DNA of 62,500 bases, filler included, from Choristocarpus tenellus KU-1152 (Eukaryota > Protista > Phaeophyceae), in assembly GCA_964200185.2 (NCBI GenBank). It is 9 parts of 9 records of this genome, joined end to end, with 100 filler letters (N's around TTAATTAATTAA, not from the genome) between each part and the next. Parts side by side here need not be neighbours in the genome. Positions count along the whole stretch, not along the records: positions 51,730 to 62,500 come from CAXNAD020002722.1; 8 more parts are not named here. One strand, written 5' to 3'. The notes beneath the pieces were generated by a model that saw only the letters and a list, made by a program, of their open reading frames with translations, was not told where the DNA came from and searched no databases. Both the position numbers and the translations under genes were made by a program. Shown piece by piece: positions 53,840 to 62,500 of this stretch. Within the stretch, counting starts at the first letter, position 1. Each line of letters begins with the position of its first letter.

Positions 53840-55202
53840 CTTGTGGTGCATGTGCCTCAACCCTGACAGGATGTCTCTTCCCCACCTCCTGGTGTCCGAT
53901 ATGTCCATCCCCAAATTAATTCGACTAAGAAGGTCGCCCCCTTCATAAAAATTGGTTACAGTAAGAATACATGTTCTGTCCAACAATCATTGGCAGAAGG
54001 GAGGAAAATGATTTGCAGGCAAGGCACTGGTTACAGGAATTATCTCCAGTAATTGGAACAGTGCCATTCACGTGGCATGTCTATTGTACTTGTATTGAGG
54101 GGGTAGAAAATCGTCGGTTCCAATCTTCCATCCATCCTTATTGAGGCACATCTCAAGTGTGTTTCGCTACACAAGACATCTGAAAGAACAGAAATCTATT
54201 TTGTCCCATATCACAGGAAACAAGCAAAATAGGGTTAGGAGTAGAATTATAACACATCACATAAGGAGAGGTTTGCCTTTCTGCACACTCCACATAGATC
54301 TCCTGCATGCTGTCTCCCCGCTGGTTAAAAGAGTCCATATCAATTCCTTCTTAGTACTTCTATATCAAGCATTGGGCAGAGTTTGTACAAACTATCTCAC
54401 CTTGATCTGAGGCAGTCTACCACAGTCATCACATTAGGGTGCGTGACCTCATCACCCAGATACCTCTTCATTGACCAAATTAGCACATGTGTGTGGGAGG
54501 GGGTCGACAGTCAGAATGGGCACGGCATAGACAGGGGATGTACCACTGTCTGCTGTCCTGAACTAGTAGGCGGGGTTGAATTCATGCTTAGCAGTCCCAA
54601 CACAAAGAGAAGGGTACGTGTATGGGTTCATTTTTTCAGTACGACTTCCTCAAACTAGACTGATGCAGGCTGTGGAACAGAATGGTCATGATGTCGATGG
54701 GTTTACTTATACCTTCAGCAACAAGGGAAACCTTCCAACGCCTAGCCCGATGTCGTAATTCGGCGAGTCAATCTAGTCCCATCTCACCATCACAGACGCT
54801 TCCTTTAACACGTTCTCAGTACGTCTCCGTGATTTTTCCATCTCCTCAAAAGTAGAGATCTTTATTGCTATCTGATCTCCCAGTGGGTGACTGCAAGGAG
54901 GGAGGGTGTATAGGCGATGAGAGGGGTGGGGGGGAACCAGATCAAATGGGAGACGTAGACGGTGAGGATATTGAACATGAACTTCTTTCGCTACTTTCGC
55001 TTCCCTTACACCAGCAGTACCACACCAGAGAGAGATCACCAGGAGTTTGCACTCAACTGGTCTTGATCCACTCGTGTGCCAAGGAACACTGATCCATATA
55101 TGGAACTTGATATCCACTTAACAAGTTGGTACCCCCCACCATTTATCAGCTCGATAAATTTGGGTACCTTCCTCTTTAACCTTCTATTTTCGACTATCTC
55201 TC
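53840..55202 (-). CDS. Ser/Thr protein kinase, subdomains I-VIa only; exons 55202-55040, 54890-54788, 54465-54401, 53974-53840
   Basis: YQLVKWISSSIYGSVF, IAIKI, ENVLKEASVMR, HPNV, FYEGGDLL, ILSGLRHMH; all junctions are phase-compatible. Start codon and C-lobe not found. Confidence 0.82.
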
Positions 55203-56779
55203 CTTGGTAGTTATGCGGAGGGTATCTGGTGGGGACATGAAGAGCACAAGGGGGGGTTTGTGGAGGATTGACAGTCTGACAGTTGGTAGTGGAGGTAGAA
55301 AAGCAGGACTTCAAGGGGGACGAATACAAACAAGGGATGAAAAGTACCGTTCGACCGTAAGAAGAAGCAAGATATATTACGGGTCAGGCCTTGTCCTTTG
55401 AAGCAATGACAAGTACTTCTTACAGTGGGTGAGACTGGGAGGTACGAAACTACTGAAACGCAGCCATATTTCTTCTCACTCGCACGATGTAGGGTCCACA
55501 CGGGGAAATCCTGACATTGTACCCTGGAAGAGTTTTTCCGTTTCCTCGTAAGGATCCATGTATGGGTAGTAGGTTCACAATTTACAACACAAGCTATACC
55601 TGTTCAAAGGTTACCACTACACCCCAACCATAAACGATATGTTTTCAATGCAAGAGGAATAAACAAAGTGCGAAATATGAGAGAGGGTAATAATATCTAT
55701 TTAAGTCCAGATTGAAGAAGTCGAGATTCTATTTTCTTTTTCAAGGATCGTTTCTGGTGCGTTCTGGAACGCGATGACATTTTTGTAGGATCATTAGTTA
55801 GTGATAATTGTTACGTTGGTGAATGTTTGGGATCAAATCCCATCAGAAATCACTTTCCAAGTTGCCATCTTTTGGCATATGTTATGAGGTCTGATTCTGT
55901 GTGAAGGGGGATGACGAGAGTCAAACTACCAAGGGTGTATTTGCCCTTTTGACGGGGCTCACGATCTACACGTTTCAGGATATTGGATAATCCTTCTTCT
56001 CAACCTGATGGTACTATATTTCTCGAAATCGTCTTGGCTTTCTGACCAGGGTGAACAACCTTTTGCGTTGGTTGCACTTCCTTCTCGTCCAACATTGTAG
56101 TGACCCTACATCTATGGTGACCCATCAACACAGATCGGCCTGAGTACCACCGTTACGGTGCCTGATTCTGTGTGATGGGGGGTGATAAGAACCGCCAGAG
56201 ATTAAGTTCAGAAAAGAAGTATGAGATGAGACTGAGGCATACTGGGCCTATGTTCAGAGCCTCAGAGTGTCATGTCGATCAATCTCCACTGTGATTGGTT
56301 GCGACCAGTAAGAACAGGAAACACAATCTCGGACTCTGCTGGTTTGACTAATTAGTGTCCTAGAACCCCGGGCTTTGCCCTTCTCAGAAGGCTTGTACCT
56401 CGGGGTTGGGGTAAGATCGGCATGGGTGCGGTTCTCACTTGGCCTCACACTATGGTCATACACGTTCCCTGGTACTTGTGACTCAGTTCCGCCGCTGTCT
56501 ACTGAATGGGCGTTCGGGGACATCCCTGTGTCACTCCTGACAGGAGTGTACTCCGAGTCCTTGGCTAGTCGCTAATTAACTAGATCACCTGGTTTGGATC
56601 CGAGTCCTGGGGAAGACCTAGTAATCAAAGCATTGGCTCTCTCTCTGTATTTCTGTCTTGTAGACATCCGTCTCTCTAGAACTTCTCGTACTTCCCTGAA
56701 GTTCTGTCTGCGTTGCTCAATGAAGCAAATCCAATCTTCCAACCTCTATGTCCCCATCCAACTTGGGTATGACTGTGTC

Positions 56780-58390
56780 TAGCCGTGTGTGGGGATCACA
56801 CATGAGAGAAAATGCTCGTGCTATTCGCGTGTAACGAATGCTCGCACTTTGTTAGAACACAAGAAGAAATGCTCGCGCTATTCGCCTGTAACATGCCCCC
56901 CAGCGTGAACTAGCAATACATGTTTCATGCTTACCACAGGCGATTGTCACCGGTGAAGACAATAGATATCGTCAATCACCTCATATCATCCTGTGACAAG
57001 AAAAAAAGGAAGAGTAAAAAGATACCGTACTCCTACTAGGTCCACAACATCTATCCTTAACTTACTTGGGAAAAATCTGTCTGCATCTAGCCTAATATGA
57101 GGATATATTCACTCTCTCTAAAAAACAGCTTCCCTAGAGTGCCAAGTATCATCTGATTATTGCCTGTCTCATGCCCCCCAACACGAGGCATACTGATGGC
57201 TGCTAGTGGGTAAAACAGGCAATAACATCAATGTCGGCCTCAACCAAAAAAGAAAAGAAAAAGAAGAAGAAAAGAATTGAGGCAAGGGACAGAGGAGGGA
57301 GAACTTAAGCAATGTACAGCAAAATAAGGATGTATGGGGATACCAGGGCCGACAGAAAGAAAATAAAAAAGAAAATAAAAGAGAAAGAATGAATAAAGAA
57401 AGAAAGAAAAAAGAAAAGGGGAGGGGGGGAAAAAGGAAAGAAAAGAGAAACAACAGCACCCTATAAAAACTGCTGCCTGGGCTGATATGGGTTACTTCAT
57501 TTTTCTGACTTCTCCTGTCTTACGTTCTGTGGAGACTAGGACTGTCAATGTTTGATTCCTGTGTTCTTACCTGAATCGGTTAGTCCTCACGTACCTTGCC
57601 TTTTGGATGTATAGTGGTTACCTGTTGGATCATTTTTGGGAGAAGCGACTCATTTCGCTTTTGTTCAATTCCTCCCAATCCACATCATTAAACCATACCC
57701 TCCAGTAAGGTGACTTGAAGTCAAAAACTGTACCTATTACCACTGATTCCTTCCCTTCTCGTCTTTCCACGACTTCTTGGCAGTGGTACCTGTGGGGGAA
57801 AGGCACAATGCATCCTCTCTAGACAAGGGTTTTCCTTGGTGAGAGGTGTCAGTAGGACGTGGGCTCATGTCTGGATTATAGAGGTCCCAAAGGGCATGGA
57901 AGACATCTAACTGTAGTGGGGTGAACCTATCCATAGCCTCTTTCTCGGTTACCCAGTCTGACAACTCTCCATTCTGATACTTCACCCGGTACTCCCAGCG
58001 CCATGCATTGGATGGGGACAATTCTGCTTTCCTATCAGTAAGAGTGTACACAGGAGTTGCTACCACGGATTGCTCTGATAGGCACAGGTCTGATTCCCAC
58101 ACTAGTTGAGCGTATTATTCTTGGAAGCTATGTCTCAGATGTGTGGGCCTTACGTGGAAGGGTTTCGCATAAGAAGCATGAACATTACGAGTGCGTGTTT
58201 GCCTACCCAGCAGTTCAACTGTCATGCTACTACTCTGATGTGAAATTTCCTTTACAGTCCACGATCCTGTCCATCTTTCATGGGCTAGCTTTCTGCCTAC
58301 TCTTGTCTCACCTAGTTTTCCCCCATGGATAGAGCTGTTTGCTTCTTTCACTAGAGCTCACTCTGCAATTAGTGTAGCTGATGCATACCT
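56780..58390 (-). mobile_element. Gypsy 3' end: integrase tail, chromo-like and Tudor-like domains, short polypurine tract and start of the 3' LTR at 56893
   Basis: KLAHERWTGSWTV...VHASYAKPF, WEYRVKYQNGELSDWVTE and GTVFDFKSPYWRVWFNDVDWEEL. GGGGGGCA directly precedes TGTTACAGGCG, which recurs at 62428. Confidence 0.8.
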
Positions 58391-58607
58391 GAGTGAAAGT
58401 ATCTTAGAGGGTAGAGTCGCGTCCATTTGGGGGCCAAAACCCAATGTTGCAATTTTGATGAAATCTTGGCTATTGTGTTTGTTATAAAGTCTCAATATCC
58501 CTGTTCTGAACACACCTTTTAATAAAATGTGATTAAGAAACCGTTGGAAGCCAAGCCCCAAACAGATGAACAGGGCAAAAATCGTACCCTCTAAGATACT
58601 TTCACTC
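58391..58607. mobile_element. MITE family B, internally deleted, flanks do not match
   Basis: Both TIRs are present; flanks are ACCT and ATTC. Confidence 0.88.
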
Positions 58608-58817
58608 ATTCTGCGAATTCGAAACCTGTTCGTCTATTCCCGAAGCAGAGTTATACGCTCCACTTATACTAGTTCCTCGCCCCTGCCTGTCTCGTGTGCA
58701 CCGCCATCACCTTCCTCCATCACCTCCATAGCCCTATCCCCTCCCTCAATTCATATATATCATGAATAACAAAGTACTTCCTACCCTGGTCACTCTCTCT
58801 CGTAGAATTTCTGGAAA

Positions 58818-59042
58818 GAGTGAAAGTATCTTAGAGGGTACGAGTTTTGCCCTGTTTGTCCATTTGGGGCTTGGCTTCCTATGGGCGTTTTATTACATTT
58901 TCCTTCGCCAAAATGTTTCGGAGTGGGTAAAATGTGTATGTTATTAAAGCAGACATTGACACTTCCTAACACACACAATAACCAAAATTACAATAAAATT
59001 GCAACATTGGACTTTGGCCCCCAAATGGGCGCGGCTGTACTC
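58818..59042. mobile_element. MITE family B with most of the right TIR deleted
   Basis: Left TIR GAGTGAAAGTATCTTAGAGGGTA; body aligns with the other B copies up to GGCGCGGCT. Confidence 0.88.
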
Positions 59043-59900
59043 GCGCCTCCTCCCCTGCTCGCACGGATCCACTCCTTTGCATAGTCCAGTAGCCGGAGGT
59101 AGCCAGGGATATATTTATTGTCGTGATAGGCCACGACATCATCCCGATCGTGACCACCAGAGCAGATGCCTGAGTTGGGGCAGTCGAACTTGCAGTCAAG
59201 TCTTTTTAACCACTGCTGAGCTGTCCGGTTGCTGACATTGTACACATACTTGCCATCCTCCCCCACTTTTCGGTTGGTGCGAAGTCCATAAAAGGGGTCT
59301 TGCCCTACCATTGATGTCTCCCCCAACTTCAGGCAAGATCTCCCTGTTTAGAAATTGACGGAAGTCCTTTGACGTGGCATTTGCTGATCCCTTCTTGATG
59401 ACGTTCTCACATAGCCACTCCAGGCAACGATTCTTAACGTCCTCTTCCTGGAGAATCCGCCTCGTCTCAAATTTGCCCTGCTGAGATATGTCAAGTCTGC
59501 CCTTGACCCGAAAGACAGACCCCCACCTCTTGACGGTGTCACCACTGAGTCCTTACCACAAGATAGCAGCACATATATATCCTTATAGTTTGGGCCTTCA
59601 CCATCAGCATGATTGTCTGGTGATGGCTAAGATCATTTGAAAACAGACTGCCTTCTTCCGTGCTCCCTGTCACCATGTCATCGATCACCTTGGCCAGGTA
59701 AGCAATTGACTGCGCACGCCACTCTGCTGCCTCTGCATCACCTGCCTCGGGAGTTGACTGCTCTCTGCGTGCACACTTCACCTTGGCATACGCATCCGAC
59801 CGACAGCCACGAGATCGGAGGCATTGCAGCTCCGCCGTTTGAAATCCCAGTGCCTTTTGGAGATGTTCCATCTCTTCCTCTTCCCACTACTTGCTGTATT

Positions 59901-60159
59901 GAGTGAAATTATCTTAGAGAGTAGAAAATTTCCCCTGTTTGTCCACTTGGGGCTTGGCTTCCCATAGGTTTTTTTATGGCATCTTCCTACTCCAAAATGT
60001 TTTGGAGAAGGCAAAATGTATACGTTATGAAAAGGTGTGTCTGGAACAAGGATATTTACATTTCCTAACAAGAATAATAGCCAAAATTACATCAAAATCA
60101 CAACATTGGATTTTGAACCCCAAATGGACGCGGTCCTACCCTCTAAGATACTTTGACTC
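59901..60159. mobile_element. MITE family B
   Basis: GAGTGAAATTATCT...AGATACTTTGACTC; flanks ATT/ATT. Confidence 0.92.
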
Positions 60160-60830
60160 ATTTCGACAGTGCCGTGGCCGTCCTTAGGGCTGGCACAATG
60201 TCACCTGCCGTGATTGACTCACAAAACTGACGGAAGAGCTCCTTCCTTCTTAACTTCCCAACACTACCTCGTGGACGACCAGACCCATCATGACTCCTTC
60301 CGTGGTTTGTCACTGCACCAAGTTTGTCATCCGAATCGTCAGCACCTGCACCGACTGATCGTGGAGAGCTACATGAGGTGATGTGTTGCTGACTGTCCCC
60401 TGCGTCTGGCTGTGACCCTTGACCTCCCTCTCCCTTGCGCTTCCCAAGAGATTAAACCACGCCTCGACAGAGAAAGAACTGAAGAAATCCTGCTCGCCAT
60501 CCAGGTCGCGACTATGCCTGCCCTTCGTTGATTTGAGCGTCCAGCTGCAGCACTCCACCACTTCCCCCTCTCGCCTTGTGTACGAACGGAAATCCTCAGT
60601 CAATATCCCTGACCCCTGACCTCCTGGCGGCACCGGACGAACTCAAATCCATCAGGGAGTGACCACACCACAACGTCAACGTCGTCAGGTGACAACTCAG
60701 AGCTCGTTGAGCGTCACAGTTCCCGTGAGGGGCAGGCCACAACTCGGAGTTCATTGTGCGTCACAGTGTCCTGTGAGTGACTTAAACAGTAATAAGCCAA
60801 GGTCCACCCACGTACCTTCTGGTGGTGATC

Positions 60831-61118
60831 AATCTTGATTGTTTGAAAAGGTTGCCCAACGATTTAATCAACGATCAGCATATCAAATGAAAGCTCTGGA
60901 TCTAGGCTATAGGTTTACGCAAAGGAAGTTTTTCGGAAAAATAGTTTTGGTCGTGCTATTTCATTTTGTAATATTTCGAATGTTGTCCCGAAAACGTTCG
61001 GTTAAAATTTAACCTTACCAAAAAAATTCCGGAACTCTATAGCTTAGACCAAGTACTTTCATTCGATATGCTCATCGTCGTAACTCGTTGGTCAACTTTT
61101 TCAAAAAAATCAAGACTG
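60831..61118. repeat. Long imperfect inverted repeat (arms about 80 bp)
   Basis: 60831-60912 is approximately the reverse complement of 61037-61117 (CATATCAAATGAAAG versus CTTTCATTCGATATG). Confidence 0.85.
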
Positions 61119-61782
61119 GTCTAATCCTAGAGGTGACTGCCAACACTTTAGGAGGCAGAAGAGCAAGGAGGTAAGTTAAAGAAATGGTTGGTAGTTGGTG
61201 GTAAGAAGTAGGAAGGAAGAGGGCAGAACTAAAGGCAAACCTGACATTGATTGGTGGCGTACGAGAAGAGGGGCAAAATCAAGGCAACCTCCGAGCAATT
61301 TTTTTTCACCTACCCACCCTTTCGATTCCTCACGATCGATTGGCATGATGGGGAAGGGGGCGGGAGATCAAGTTTGGGCAGAGTAGATGTCTTCTACTCT
61401 AAAGGCAAGGTATTGAAGTGGGTGATGAAGGGGGGTTGTTGGATGAATGTGTTGTGGTGTTGAGTGGTGTTGAATGGTGTGGTAGAGCGGAAAGTGGAAA
61501 GTGATGGGAAGTGTCGTGGAGTTGTGTGGTGTTGAATGGTGTGCTGTAGTAGAAAGTGGTGGAAAGTGTTGTGGAGGAAGGAGAATGGATTCGCGGAAAT
61601 TGGTCGGATTGGTTGGTGACTGGAAAACAGTGACGAAGGTTGGTCGCACTAATTGGTCACCAGTGGTGTCACAATGGTGGAGGAGTAGTAGAATGGATGG
61701 AATACTAAGACACGAGGCTGATTAATAATCCAGAATTCGTGAGCAAAGTGAAGAATATATTATTGCATTTTGGTGTGGGAAA

Positions 61783-61965
61783 GACCCAAAGTATCTAGGA
61801 GGGAGGGGGAAATCTACACCAGGGTGTCCGTTCGGACCCTGACCAGGAAAAGTACACTTACATTATCTGTCCGACACATGCAACCAGATCGCCCAAAAAT
61901 CGCGACATGGAAAAATGGGTCCCGAATGGAGAGCAGCAACCCCCCCTCCCTAGATACTTTGAGCC
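61783..61965. mobile_element. MITE family A
   Basis: GACCCAAAGTATCTAGG...CCTAGATACTTTGAGCC; flanks AAA/AAA. Confidence 0.92.
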
Positions 61966-62427
61966 AAAAAATGACTCGTCATGCTAAAAAAGAGTAATCC
62001 TAAATTAGAATCTTACGCTGTTATATCAGCAGTACCTACTGTATGTGTGAATTTTGGATATTCAGAATCAAGTATGTGTCACGGACAAGTGACCTTTTTT
62101 GGGATCTGACGACATTGATGAAGATCATATGCGCACCACCTTTTGTCATTGAGGCCAGTCCAAGTGATGTGGTGTGGGTTGGTATTATGAGGGGTCAATG
62201 ACAACCAAAAAAGAAATAATAATCATCAATTAACGTACAACTGTCATCTTCTGCTGCTAAGAAGAAGAAAGAAAGAGAAAACAAAAAAGGGGGAAACAAC
62301 AGAACAAAAGAACAAGTTTGAATCAACATATAATGCAACTCAAGTGACACATACTATTCCTGTGCGTAGAACGCAGAGCGACTGTTCTGTACTGCCATTT
62401 TTTCACAGTAATTGATGTGGCAATTAG

Positions 62428-62500
62428 TGTTACAGGCGAGTAGCGCGAGTATTTCTTCCCGCGCTTTGACTGGCGCGAGCAGTATACGCGCGTGGGGAAC
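62428..62500 (+). mobile_element. Start of an LTR of the same family as 56893
   Basis: TGTTACAGGCGAGTAGCGCGAGTATTTCTTC is nearly the reverse complement of 56863-56893. Confidence 0.6.

Larger units (their letters stand above)
58608..60640 (-). mobile_element. DDE transposase relic (IS630/Tc1/mariner-like, GHERxDVV type) interrupted by two family B MITEs
   Basis: QGKFETRRILQEEDVKNRCLEWL...FRQFLNREILP, VSNRTAQQWLKRL, GGHDRDDVVAY; beyond the MITE, KYFVIHD...GRG. Frameshifted; the 5' boundary is approximate. Confidence 0.75.

Noticed and set aside
58608-60640. This transposase as the autonomous partner of the MITEs
   Set aside because: The B copies interrupt it rather than bound it, and Tc1/mariner-type enzymes normally duplicate TA. 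Not supported, though not excluded.

Overview
Repeat-rich eukaryotic DNA, most likely from a brown alga or related photosynthetic stramenopile (inferred from an algal FTO gene, a signal peptide plus ASAFAP-like plastid presequence, GT-AG introns and TTAGGG-type repeats). The window is nine contigs joined by identical 100-bp linkers (44N-TTAATTAATTAA-44N), so adjacency across gaps is not evidence. Spliced host genes I could reconstruct: the 5' part of KATNIP, the 5' part of FTO, an Apd1/Aim32-type sucrase/ferredoxin gene head-to-head with a plastid fibrillin-like gene, a two-exon gene joining a PP1-docking-like motif to an FABP-like barrel, the N-lobe of a protein kinase and one TRMT11-like exon. 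The rest is decayed mobile DNA: Gypsy, Copia, CRE-like non-LTR, Helitron, an IS630/Tc1-like transposase and tRNA-derived SINE relics. The most distinctive signal is three MITE families (about 175, 258 and 255 bp) with related termini and a mix of 3-bp and 4-bp target-site duplications. All family assignments come from motif recognition by eye; no searches were run.
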